64,000 nucleotides of DNA from a virus: the IMG/VR virus record IMGVR_UViG_3300044623_000784, positions 54,085 to 118,084 of that record; one strand, given 5' to 3'. The notes under the pieces are model-generated. The model was not told the DNA's origin. It saw nothing but the letters and a program-made list of their open reading frames with translations, and did no database searches. How positions within the stretch are numbered: the first letter of the stretch is position 1; every line of letters starts with the position of its first letter. Positions 1 to 12,100 of this stretch are shown piece after piece. The translations under genes were made by a program, and so were the position numbers.

Positions 1-2479
1 GGCCATGTTTTTGAACAACTCCATTCTGTAGTTTAACTACACCATCTTTTTCAAAATACTTTGGCTCAGAGTATATTCTAACCAGTCCTGTTGGATATAT
101 CTTTCCGTTAAATGGCAGTTTTGCAAAATAGTTTTGATAATCTTCGGTTGATGTTATCCAAACATTACCAAACCCAGAAACATTATATTGAACAGCATCA
201 TATTTAATGATTTCTCCTTGAGAGTAGAAGTATCCGCTATACCTAGTGATCCAGTAGGCCGCCTCTCCAAGGCTAAATGTGTTATTAATAACAATGTTAT
301 TTTTTACTTCTGGTACAGAAGCAGTTAGATCTGAGTTAAGAGGAATGGCACTGAGGACATAGGCAGACTGAGTTGCTACTTCGTTATTTATTGACTTAGT
401 ATTCTGTGTGCCAGACACTTCCCATAACAGTGCTGGCTTGTACGTATAGTATCTTTCATCATCTACAAGGCTTGCCTGTCTTAGTGATCCTATAGATCTC
501 TGGATATATCTTGTACTATAGTTAATTGCGCCATCATTGTATACCGCACTATCCTGGGTTGATACAGAAATAACATTTGCTAGTTTTGGCTTATTTGTTT
601 TATTTCTTATTTCTCTATCTTCTACAAAATCTTTTGTGCCCTTAAGATCAAAGGTTGTTGGCCTTTCTTCTATCGTTGGCATAATATAGTTTTTACTCAT
701 CATTACAAAATTATTATATTCATCAAAGAACATTGCTGTCTGAGTTGAAACTGCCAAATCTTGAAGAACCTCTGCAACGCTAGTATCTGGTCCAACAAAG
801 AAATATGGAATTATAATTTCCTTTTCGTTTGCAACTCTTTTAAATGTATAGTTAGAAAAGCCTACATGGTCTAGAAGTAGAGATACTGCAGAACTTACAG
901 AAACCTCTGTCATCAATATCTCTGGAGCCCTGATTGATTCTAGGTACCAGTACAAATCCCTCAAGGTTATAGATACATGCTTTGACATTAGGTCTTGTTT
1001 TGGAAAGGCATCAGAATATAATGCTTTAATTGGAACATAATAGTCCCACCCATTAACATCAACAATGACTTCATAGAATTTAAACTGAACATGTCTTGAA
1101 ATATATTTAGCAATAATACTATTTTTGTTATTAGTATTAAATGCCTGATCGTGATCAAAAAGAGTTATGCTTCCGTTAGATGCTATTAGTTGGCCAACTG
1201 GCAAACCAGAGAGGCCCAGATCGGAGGCACTCTTGTTGATAGAGTAGTCAATTGTTTTATCAGAAACATTCATAACAAGTCTTGGAGAAATCTCAATAAG
1301 GTCAAAAGTAGAATCTTTTACGTTCATTGTTTCTACTATAATTCTTATTCCGTTTATATACTCAAACTCTCTAAACTGCTCTTTCTTATCGATTGCCTTA
1401 ATAAAAACATCTGGGGAGGTTGCGTCTGTTACAAAGTTTGTTAGCCTGTCTACTGTTTCATCTTGTATATACCAGCCATACTTTGGTGTTATTACTGTAT
1501 ATTGCGTACCGTCCCAAATATGGTAGGCACCTACTTCATCCTTATTTGGTTTAATTAGATAGGCATACCCAATTACAGATTGCTCTGGAAGCAGAGAAAC
1601 ACTTGTATATGTTTCTGCAAAAACAAAGTTTGCTCTCCACTCTTCTGGAACAATTAGGCCATAAGCAATTTCGACATACCCATCACTTTTAATAATAGAA
1701 GAGCCATCTCTTCTTGTGATTGATGGATCAAAAGAAACAACTGTTTCCCAACTGGTGTCTCTTAAGAACTGAATCTTCCACTTGCTTGGTGTCTTTTGAT
1801 TTAACTCTCCGTAAAAAGGATCTGCATAGGCTCCTGTTGCTGATGAAAATGGGCCAAGGTTTTCGGTACCCGTATGGGTTTGCATTTTTACTACAACCCT
1901 ATTTGTTGGAACTCTTTCTTTATATACAACAAATGGACAAGCATCCTCTATAGAGTTCTGAGAGTTACGAACCTTAGATGCAATTCCATACTCTTCTCCA
2001 GACTCTGTTCTATAGGATGTCCAGTACTTAAACTTATCATTTTTATCTGGCATGTAGTATCTTGGTCTATCTGCCATAACTAGGTTTGGGTGATGCAGTT
2101 TACCTTTTTCAAAGAACACTGCTTTATTTATTCCAGACCTAGGCCTAAACTGACCAAAGCAATCTTCTAAAGAGTAAAGCGTTTGTAATTTTTCTTTCTT
2201 GGTTAAAAATGTTGTCGGTATATCGTTATTATCAAATTCTCCATCTACAATAATATCTGCATCGGTTGCTCCTGTATAAAAGTTTCCAGCATCATTAACA
2301 TCAAAACTGTTAGGCAGTGAAGAGTATATGGAACCAGACTGCGTTGGTCTATATCTATAGTTTCCTATATGTTTAATGTTTGTTGGAATATTCATATTCC
2401 ATTCAGCAGTTATTATTGACTTATTTCTTATTGTTGAGGATGTTTCTAAGAAATTTTGTAAGTCTTTGTCCTCAAACAT
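1..2479 (-). CDS. large minor tail / tail-tip protein, N-terminal part (runs off the window edge)
   Basis: ATG at 2479 overlaps the upstream TAA (TAATG) and reads MFEDKDLQNFLETSSTIRNK. It is absent from the ORF track, consistent with no stop in the window. It lies downstream of the tape measure. Confidence 0.7.
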   Translation of the reverse strand, partial: MFEDKDLQNFLETSSTIRNKSIITAEWNMNIPTNIKHIGNYRYRPTQSGSIYSSLPNSFDVNDAGNFYTGATDADIIVDGEFDNNDIPTTFLTKKEKLQTLYSLEDCFGQFRPRSGINKAVFFEKGKLHHPNLVMADRPRYYMPDKNDKFKYWTSYRTESGEEYGIASKVRNSQNSIEDACPFVVYKERVPTNRVVVKMQTHTGTENLGPFSSATGAYADPFYGELNQKTPSKWKIQFLRDTSWETVVSFDPSITRRDGSSIIKSDGYVEIAYGLIVPEEWRANFVFAETYTSVSLLPEQSVIGYAYLIKPNKDEVGAYHIWDGTQYTVITPKYGWYIQDETVDRLTNFVTDATSPDVFIKAIDKKEQFREFEYINGIRIIVETMNVKDSTFDLIEISPRLVMNVSDKTIDYSINKSASDLGLSGLPVGQLIASNGSITLFDHDQAFNTNNKNSIIAKYISRHVQFKFYEVIVDVNGWDYYVPIKALYSDAFPKQDLMSKHVSITLRDLYWYLESIRAPEILMTEVSVSSAVSLLLDHVGFSNYTFKRVANEKEIIIPYFFVGPDTSVAEVLQDLAVSTQTAMFFDEYNNFVMMSKNYIMPTIEERPTTFDLKGTKDFVEDREIRNKTNKPKLANVISVSTQDSAVYNDGAINYSTRYIQRSIGSLRQASLVDDERYYTYKPALLWEVSGTQNTKSINNEVATQSAYVLSAIPLNSDLTASVPEVKNNIVINNTFSLGEAAYWITRYSGYFYSQGEIIKYDAVQYNVSGFGNVWITSTEDYQNYFAKLPFNGKIYPTGLVRIYSEPKYFEKDGVVKLQNGVVQKHG

Positions 2480-3108
2480 TATACCTCTTCCAAGGTAACT
2501 GAGACATTCCAATAATCAAAATTAGCGCCTCTTTTTTCTACAGAGTATGAAAAACTTGATATAAACATTTCTATAAGTTGGTTATACTGCTGTAGGTGAT
2601 CATAGGGGGCCTCTGTCCCCTTGAAAATTCCTTTTCTATCATATGCTAAGAATACCCAGAAAGACCCCTTGTGTCCGTCATACCACTCAAGCATATCTGC
2701 TCCACCTGCTCCTCCATCTGTTGTGTAGGATGTGTGTGGTGACTTTCCAGTTGTTATATTAAAACTTGGAACATTGGAGTGAGACCTAGAAGGTATCATA
2801 TTCCAACTGGTGCTAATTTTCATTTTGTCTGCAGTGTGATATGATCTCATACGACCATTTATCATTCGCTCACGTTTTTCAATACGCTCATCTGAGAAAT
2901 CAAGCGGAGATCTATTATCATCTGTAAGCATTAAGAATTGGTCTATTAGTTCTGGGTCTACCCCGTCTGTTGCTGCCCCTACTTCATATCCTTGAGGAAT
3001 ATACAAACCATTTAAAAGGGTACCAGAATTTTCAGACCAGAGCATACCGCTAGGCCTATTGTATCTTTTACGGCTCTGCATATAAGTAAACCTTGGATCA
3101 TCTACCAT
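2479..3108 (-). CDS. putative distal tail / minor tail protein
   Basis: 209-aa ORF directly after the tape measure; ends in the tail-hub-like WNVSVTLEEV; synteny. Confidence 0.55.
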   Translation of the reverse strand: MVDDPRFTYMQSRKRYNRPSGMLWSENSGTLLNGLYIPQGYEVGAATDGVDPELIDQFLMLTDDNRSPLDFSDERIEKRERMINGRMRSYHTADKMKISTSWNMIPSRSHSNVPSFNITTGKSPHTSYTTDGGAGGADMLEWYDGHKGSFWVFLAYDRKGIFKGTEAPYDHLQQYNQLIEMFISSFSYSVEKRGANFDYWNVSVTLEEV

Positions 3109-6100
3109 TTATTCCAATCCCCCTGATTCTTCTATCGTCAACCTGCTTGATTGTTGACATTACTGCCTGTGCAATTTCATTTGGATTAGCATTTGTCTTT
3201 GCATTAACAGTTAACGTATATGTATTATTATACACTGCCCCGCCAGTTGGCTGACCACTATTTATTGCCTTCATTGTATTTACACCATGAGCATCTACAG
3301 CATACTTACTCATAACAAACTCTCCTGGAGTTAGCATTGCTGGGACCGTATCAGTACCCTTTGCAAAACCGCCAAACGCAAACTTCATTGGATTAATTAG
3401 TCCACCCATGGCAGCCATCTGCATTCCAAATCCACCGCCACTACCACCGCCCGATCCTCCGCCTGGAATCTTAACAGTTGTTCCAGACCAAATCATACTT
3501 CCACCCTTATACTTTGGATCTGTAGTAAACTTTGGATTAGCATCAAGAAGTTCTTCTAGAGAAATTCCATGCTGACTTGCAATTCCAGAAAGAGTGTCTC
3601 CAGGTTTAACAACATAGGTTGTTGCTGTTTTAGGAATTACGCTATATGATGGAGAATCTGATGCATTGTCTACCGCTGCTGCTGCTGCATCTGCTGCAGC
3701 CTTTGCTGCTGCTTCTGCTGCAGCCTTCTCTGCTGCAGCCTTTGCCTCTGCTGCTGCTTTTTCAGTTGCAGCCTTCTCTGCTGCAGCCTTTGCTGCTGCC
3801 TCTGCTGCTGCTCTAGCCTCTGCTTCAGCCTTGGCCTTTGCTTCTGCTGCCTTTCTGGCTGCCTCTGCTGCTGCTGCTTGCTCTGCTGCTGACTTGCCTT
3901 CTGCTGCAGCCTTCTCTGCTGCAGCCTTTGCTGCTGCCTCTGCTGCAGCCTTATCTGCTGCAGCCTTTGCTGCTGCCTCTGCTGCTGCCTTTGCTGCTGC
4001 TTCTGCTGCAGCCTTTGCTGCTGCCTCTGCTGCAGCCTTTGCTGCTGCTTCTGCTGCTGCTCTATCTGCTGCTGCTGTATTTACTGGCTGTGTTTGTACT
4101 CCATACTTCGCTATTAAATCTTTAGCCTGGAATTTGGTTAAGTCTGTTAGCCCCTGATCAAGAGCCTTCATTGCAGACTCAATACCCTTAACAAAATCTA
4201 ATGCTCTTATTCTTGCAATCTCTACATTGCTTTGAATTTGTTCCCAGGCCTCTCTGCTTAAGCCAGCGATCTTGATTCCTGCAATATCTTCCTTTAAGGC
4301 AATTTGCTTAAGTCTAAGAAACTCTTGCTGTGGCTCTATTGCGGCTTCTTCTTTTTCAAATATCTTATCCTGTATTTCTTTAATTTCTTTTTCAAGTTGC
4401 TTTCTAGTTTTAAGTTGACCAAGTTTTGGATCTTTACTTCCCTGCTTGTCAAAACCAGTTGCTGTAGATAGTTCATATTTTCTGGACTGCTCAACTGCAT
4501 CCTTTTGCTTTGTTACTGCATCTGCTGCTTCTTGTGCTCTCATTTCTTGTGCAGCACGGGCTGCTGCTGCAATGTCTCCAGATGTTAGCGCCTCAGCAAG
4601 AGTTAACTGTCCCTTTTGCTGGTTAGCAATATTAGCATTTGCCTTTTCTACTGCATCTAAAGCCTCAATTCTTTTATCATATTTTTCGTTAATTGCTTGC
4701 TCTTGATCTTCAATTGCCTTTAGTGCTGCTTCTTTGTCATCACTAAGATACTGCATTGCTGCAATTTCATTTTGTGCTTTTTCAATTTCTGCATTAGCCT
4801 TCTTATTGTCAATATTCATTTCAAAGTCTATTTGAAGTTTTCTTTCTTCTGCATCAAAAGAATCCATGACATTGCTGAATAAATCATTAAACAAATCTTC
4901 ATATAACCCGACAGTCTTTTTTAACTCAGTGATTCTTTCGTTCATAGCAGCCTCTGCCTCTGCTAAAAGTTTTGCTGCATCTTCTGCTGCTTTAATATCG
5001 GCTTTATCTTTTGTTTTTTTGGCTTTGGCTTCAAGTTTTGCAACATTCTTTTTTTGATTAAAAATAGAAACTTCTAATGCTTTTAGTTCATTGTCTGAAG
5101 AAATAGCAAAAGCATCTAGTCCGTTGCCCCCTGCTGCCATTTGTTTTAATCTTTGCTCTTGAAGCCTATCGTTTTTAAGTTGAGAAGTTGCAGTCTTTGT
5201 ATCTTGAATTGATGCTGAGGCTTTCTGTGCTACAGTCAATGCGTTATATTTTGTAATTAGTTTGCCTAATGATTTTTCAGTTACGCCATTAGCAATTGCC
5301 TGTGCATATGCTTTATTAGATACTAGTTCATAAGCGTCTGCAACTGGAACACCTAACTTTGAAAGTTTATCCATAGCCTTGCTTTGATCACTTATGGCCT
5401 TGGTTTCTGATTCCATGCTTGAGTTCCACTCACCCATAGTTATAGAGTTAAGTGCTTCTTGAATGTTCTTTGCGTCTCTCTTTAGACCAATAATGTTTCC
5501 CTTGTTATCAAATTTAAATAGAGAGTTCTTTCTCTTCTCGTATTCCTTTGGATCCATACCAACGATTAGTTCAATAAAGTCTTGGCTACCGCCCAAACCT
5601 CGTAGATCGTTTTCTATACCGCTAAATACATCTATAGTCTTCTTACCACCAAACAGGCCATCTAGGGCCTTGCGAGAGGCAGCCCAGCCTTCTGTGACCT
5701 TGATCTGGTTCTTTCGTACATCTCTTAGTTTCTTTACTAGGTCATCTAGTGGTGATGCTTGTACTTTACTTCCCGTACCAGTGCCAGTGCTGTTTCCTGG
5801 AATGTTTGTATCTACCTGCTTATTGTCTACAACAGCCTTAAACCCTTGTTGCTCGGTGTAGTGTGCAATCATCATTGCTTCTGGCAAACCCTTATATTGA
5901 CCACCACCATATCTTTTTCCAGCAATTACTTCATCTTGTTTGAGCCAGTCTTGGTAGTCTTTTGTCGCAACAATTTGAGGAGCAGGGACATTTATAAGTG
6001 ATGCAACAGTATAGGTATAAGTTTTTTTCTGATCGTCCGTTAGTGTGTCAAAATATTTTTCATCAAATGCGTCTGTTTTGTCAGTTTTAAGTTCTGGAAT

Positions 6101-9100
6101 AAGGTCATAAACAAATGGAACATCTATATTCTTTTTTGTTTCAATTTGATCAAACATTGAATTTAATTTTTCATATGCGGCTTTGCTTTCTGGGCTTTCA
6201 TTCGTGTAGTAACTAACAAGAACGTCTGATGGAATAACAGTATTAAGGTTGTTTAACTTGATCATGTTCTTTGCAAAGTCTAAGGCATCTGAATCTTTTT
6301 CAAATGCTTGAACTCTTGTAACAAATTCTGTTTGAACTGTAGTGTTAACATCTCCCTTTGCATCAAGAATATTTTCTGCTGCGACTCCAATTGTTTCCGC
6401 AGTTGCTCCCGAAAACTTTGTAATAATTTCCATTATTTTTGGAGCAATTGCAGTGTTATCGGTTGCTAAGAATAAAAGATTTTTAAGGACAGATGGTGGA
6501 AGGTCTCCACTTGCCATCTTTGCTTGAATTAAAAACTCCTGGCCTTTAGTAATTAGTCCAGACGATACAAGATCGGCTGCTTGCTGATCTACTACTGGGG
6601 TGTAAGCAAGTTGGTTTGGATCATTTTTATACCTTGCTGCTGTAGCCTTTTTCATTCCGTTCATCATTGATTCTTGAAGTCCACCAGCAGAATCATACTG
6701 TGCAACAATGTCTCCCTGCAACTTTCCTTGTGCGTCGGTCAGTTTGTCTCTTTCGTTTATATACTTTGTTTGCAGCGCTTCTGCTTCATTGATTTTACCT
6801 TGTGTCCTAAGAAGTTCTATTTTCTTTTGATACTGAAGATCAAATGAGTCTAGAAGTTCTTTGTTTTGTTCCATTGCAATTTTTGCGTCTACTGCATACG
6901 CTGCTCCTAGTGCTCCTGCTCGTTTTGCAAACTTCTTTGATGCTAGGAATCCAAGAACTGCACCTGCTGCTGTTCCAATTCCAGCACCAATTACTGCTCC
7001 AATTGGCCCTCCTATCATACCTCCGATGCCAGCACCTGCTGCTGCGCCTCCTAATGCTGATGCGCCTATTCCCGCTATTTGAACATTTTTTCTTCCAGCA
7101 AGTTTTGTAATAGGGTCTGTGTTTTTAATATTTTTAATACTATTGTCTAGATTTTTTTTATTTTCATTAATCATATTAATTCTAATATTTAGAGGATCAT
7201 TAACAAGATTTTCTCCATTTGGACCAAGAAGACTTTCTAGTTGAGCAATGACCTTTATACCAATAGACATATCTCCTGCTTGTCTAGCAGCATTCATTGC
7301 AAGGCTTTTTGCTTGTGACATATCTATAGCACCAGACATTAAGGATGCAGACAGTTGTCCAGTTAAATCTTTGGCTGCTTCATTACCCTTACCTGCAGCG
7401 CTTTGTTTTGCAAGTCTTCCTGTTAATGCTTTACCTTCTTCTGTTTGAACAAATGCTTCTCCATATGAAGTCTTTCCAGTTGCAGGGCCAAGCATTGAGA
7501 AAGAGTTCTTTCTTTTTAAATCCATCTGCTCTGATGCCGTTACTTTACCACTAAATTCCGCTATGGCCTGAATTGCAGATGAAGACCCCTTAAACTTTTC
7601 ACCCTCTTGTAGTACTTGATCTGCTGCTTTATCAAATGCCATTCTTAAAGCAACAAATGATCCAACTGCTACCATTAATCCAGCAATAACTGCTGAGGTA
7701 GGACTCTTTAGCATTGGAAGAATCATGGATAATCCCATCAAAGGCATCATAACCTTTTGTGATATTTCTCCAACTTTTCCAGGAGCCATGGAGCCAATCA
7801 TGGCTGCTCCAGATGCAACGCCAAGTGCGCCACCCATGCTTATGCGTGATTGCTTGCCTGCTGCTAGATTTGCTGCTCTTTTGTCTTGCCTATTTTGAAC
7901 AAATGCTTTTATTCTTCCAGAAGGTGTTCTTCTTTTTGCTTCTGCTGCTGCTCTTTCAGAAATTACTTGCTGCTGGTATGCTACCTTTTCTGCTAGCCTG
8001 CTTCTTTTTTCTGCTAATTCTGCTTGTTTTCTTTTACCTCTCATCACTGGATCGATTAAACCAGTTGTTCCGTACATAGAGGTTTTGTTTGCATTAATTC
8101 TTGCCTGTGTTTTTGCCCTTACCCTTTCTTGTTTTTCTAATTGACGACGAACAGACTTTGCTTCGGCATCAATTGGACCAGTTCCATATAGCAAAGTTCT
8201 TGATGCTGCTGCTGCAGATTGAGAAATATTTGTTCCAATGTTGGCACCAACTGCTTTTGCCTCTGCAATAGACCCTCTTGCCCCATCTATCAATGCCGTA
8301 GATGATGTTACTCTTGCTTCGGGAGCATTTGCCTTTCCAGGCATTACAAATCTTCCTACCTTTTTAGGAATTCCTTGAACAATACTTTTTCCTTCAGGCT
8401 CTTGCGTCATCAACTTATCTTTTTTGCCTGCAGATGATTTTACATTAGCGGGAAGTTTTTCTGTCTTTGGCTTTGTTATCTTTCCAGTTTTATCATCTTG
8501 TAGAACTTCATCTGGCTTAATTGCAATAGATGTATGAAGTTTATGAATTGATTTCCAGTCTACCTTTTCCTTTAATCTATCAAGCATTGATGTATAGAGT
8601 GGTCTTTCTGCATCACTTAACTGTAACTTTGGAATTAATTTTTCAAGGTTTGCAATAGACTTTTTAACTTCTTTTTTCATCGCTGATTCAAATTGTTCTG
8701 CTGACATACTTTTTGCAATGTCTGCAGTTTGATTTCCAAACCAGAATGGAGATCGTGCTGCTGCATCTCCCTTAACTCCACTTAGATTAGTTTTTGTCAT
8801 CTCTTCAAGAGATGGCATCTTCTCTGCATAGTCTCTTGCGCCAGATGCTTTTGAAAATACTCCAGCAGGACCAACATCTGTTAAAACATTTCCTCCTAGG
8901 TTGCCCCTCTTTAAGTCTTTATCTCCACGAAGTCCTGCTGCAAGCAACTGCTTTATATATTGCTTCTTACTAAACTTTTTTGGAATTGTCTCTGGATCAA
9001 ACTTAGGATTAAATTCAGACTCAAGTGCGTACATTGTCTTACCAGTGATTGGGTCTTGAATTAATCTTAATTCTTGCTTTGGTGTTTCAAGACCGTGAAC

Positions 9101-12100
9101 CTCTCTTGCAATCCTTGTTGCTCTTAGTTCAGCCATGGCAGATTTTTCATCTATCATTGGCTTTACATAAACTTTTCTTCCATCTTCTGTTATGTGTACA
9201 CCAGAAAGGTGCTTGGCTCCAACATTGCTAAACCCTGTTCCTACAGATAGTTGCTCTCTATATTTAGTTATTGGCTTTCCTGCTGCTTTTGCATCTTCTA
9301 GTTTTTGTAATGCTAAAAGCGCTGCCTGACTTCTCTTACCTGAAACCGAAGCAACTTTTATTGTCCCAGACGAGCCGTCAGATCTTCCGCCTTTAAATGC
9401 TCCGTCTTCTAGGACTGCATTGTTCATTGTCTTTTTAAGTTCATTAGTTCTTGCACTTACTTCTGGTCTTTCGTATGCAATTATATTTCCTTTTGCATCC
9501 CTGCTTACTTTTACAATCTGCCCTGGATAGTGATCAAAAAGTCTTTTTGCTGAAGCCTTTGTATTAGGCTTGCTCTTTGACTTCTCTACTGCTTCATAAA
9601 GTTCTTTAGCAGTTGCTGTGCTGTTGTACACCATCTTTGGCTTTTGAAAACTTGTAAGTCCCTGTGGCGCTAGAAGTGCTGAGACTCCTCCAGCATGCCT
9701 TGGGTCTCTTGCTAATCCTCCAAGAATTCCAGACTTAATATTTCCCATTCTTGAGTAAACGTCTTTGTCTCCAATCAAAGGGATGCTGTGGCTACCGTCG
9801 CCAAGTGGTACTCTAGGAATTGCTTCTAATGCTTTGATTAGGTTTGTTCTAATCTGATCTGCTGTTTGGGCTGCTTTAGTTGGGCTCATGTTGCTTGGTG
9901 GCCCCATTAACTTAGATGTCATTGTTTGTACTGATCTTGGCTTCTTTATTTCTTCTAAATACTCTACCAAGTTTGCTCTATTGTGTGTTAGATCTTTGTG
10001 AAGAGATTCTGGTATATCAAACCCCACAGCAGTATATGTTGTTCCCTTTTCAAATCCTCTTACCTTGAGTGTCTGAGCCTTCTCTTTAAACTCATCTGGA
10101 ACATTATTAAGGTCAACCTTTGAATTACCTGTTGCATGTGCAAACACTGTGTCTGGTTTTGATTTTACTTTTGACTTTGCTTTTCCAGATTGTGTAACTT
10201 CATCAGTACCCTCATTAAAACCCTGAAGTCTTTTATTAACCATTGCACTAATGATTGGCTTAAACCTAGGGTCTTGTGCTACTTCTGCTGGGATAACTGC
10301 TTCTCCAGGAGTAAGCATTGATGGAACTGTATCCTGATTTCCACTTCCTGGTACCCTGGTTGTTCCAGTTGAATACTTTCTTCTTGCCTGACTTCCCTTG
10401 CCACCCTTGGCTGGACCAGTGAACCCCATCTGTGCTGCAATTGCTCTCTTATATGCATTTGCTAGTGCATTGACTGCTGTTGCTTCAGATGTAAAGGTTT
10501 GCCTTAATCTTTGATGGACCTGGTCAAGTGATGCTGCTACTGCAGATGCCTCAAGTTGTTCCTTAGTTAAATAATTAGTTTGCTCTCCTAGAACCTTACT
10601 TGCTCCGCCTGTTCTGTTGTACATAGACTTCATGCTTGCAAACATTTTAATAATATTGGCAACTGCGTTTGCTATCAAACCAAATGTCATGAGAAGTACT
10701 GGTCCTATACCTGCAACTGCTACAGTAAAGATAGTTAAAAATTTCTTACTACCATCTCCAAGGTTATTGAACTTATCAAGAATCTTACCAACAAACTCTA
10801 CAATAGGTGTCAGTGCTTTTAGGAACTGCTCTCCAACTGGAGCAATTGCCACCTTGAGGTCTTCCATTGACTTCTTAAACTTATATGTTGTTGTATTTTG
10901 AATCTTGTCTAATTCTCGCTGTGAGAGAATTGAAAGTTCTTCTGTTGTTGCTTGTGTTAATGCTAACACTCTTTGTGCTTGCGTACCCTGGGCTGTTACG
11001 TTTTGAAATAATGTAGATAGTCTTGAGAACTGGAACTTGCCGAATAGTTGCTCAATAGCACGAGCACGGTTAAGTGGGTCAAGTGTGTCAAGTGCTTGTG
11101 CAAATCCAACAACCGTTGCTTTAATATCTCCCTTGTTAGCCTCAACAATTCCTGTGATATTTACTCCAAGGTCTCCAAGGAATGCACTGGCTTTTTTAGA
11201 TGGATTAATTAATGATGCAAGACCAGACTTGAGTGCGTTAGCGCCTTCTGATGCATTAATTCCACCTTCCTTCATTGCTGTAAGGAAGAACGCTAAATCT
11301 TCTACATCTCCTCCAAGTTGCTGAACAACTGGCCCAGCCTTTGGAATTGCTATTGTTAAATCTTCAATAGATACAACAGTCTGGTTTTCAACAGCGTTAA
11401 GGAAATCAATCTTTTTTGCAAGATCTTCTGCTGCAACACCAAATGCATTTGTAACTGAGATAGTTGTTTCTAGTGCTTGTGTTTGTTCTACCCCACCAAG
11501 CACTGCAAGTCTTGTTGCCTGAACAACCTGTGCCGTTAACTCTGCACCTTGCTTACCCATTGCTGCTGCATCGGCAGCCATTTTCATTGTTTCTTCTACT
11601 GCTACACCATACTTTGTATATTCTTTTGCAAGAGTCTGTATCTGCTTAACCATTGCATCAGTTTCTTCTTGGCTTGTAAACATTTCTCCATAAACACGCT
11701 TAAATCTAATTGCCTGCTCTTCAAGTTTCATAAAGGTCTTTGCAGCGGTTGTTCCAAGCATTGCTAGTGGAACCGTAAAGCCAACCATCAACTGACGGCC
11801 TGCCCACTGAGTATTCTTACCAAAGTTTAGAAGATTAGTAGAACCCTGCTTTAATAGTTGATTAAGTAGTTGTTGTCTTTGTGCTGCGATTGCTGTCTGT
11901 GTACCCAAGTTTTTCATGTCAAGGGTTAGCGGTCTTACTGCAATTGCTTGTAGAGCACCGTTTGCTCCACGACCCAACTTTATATATTGGGTTTGAATAT
12001 CTTTTACACGCTCTCGTGCTACTTTGTTTATTGTCTCAAATTCAGACCTAAAAAGTTTACCGAAGGTTTTTGTTGCTGCTCCAGTATATCTAAAATACTC

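Noticed and set aside
3666-4157. Ala- and Leu-rich + strand ORFs
   Set aside because: Antisense shadows of the EAAAK repeat in the tape measure.
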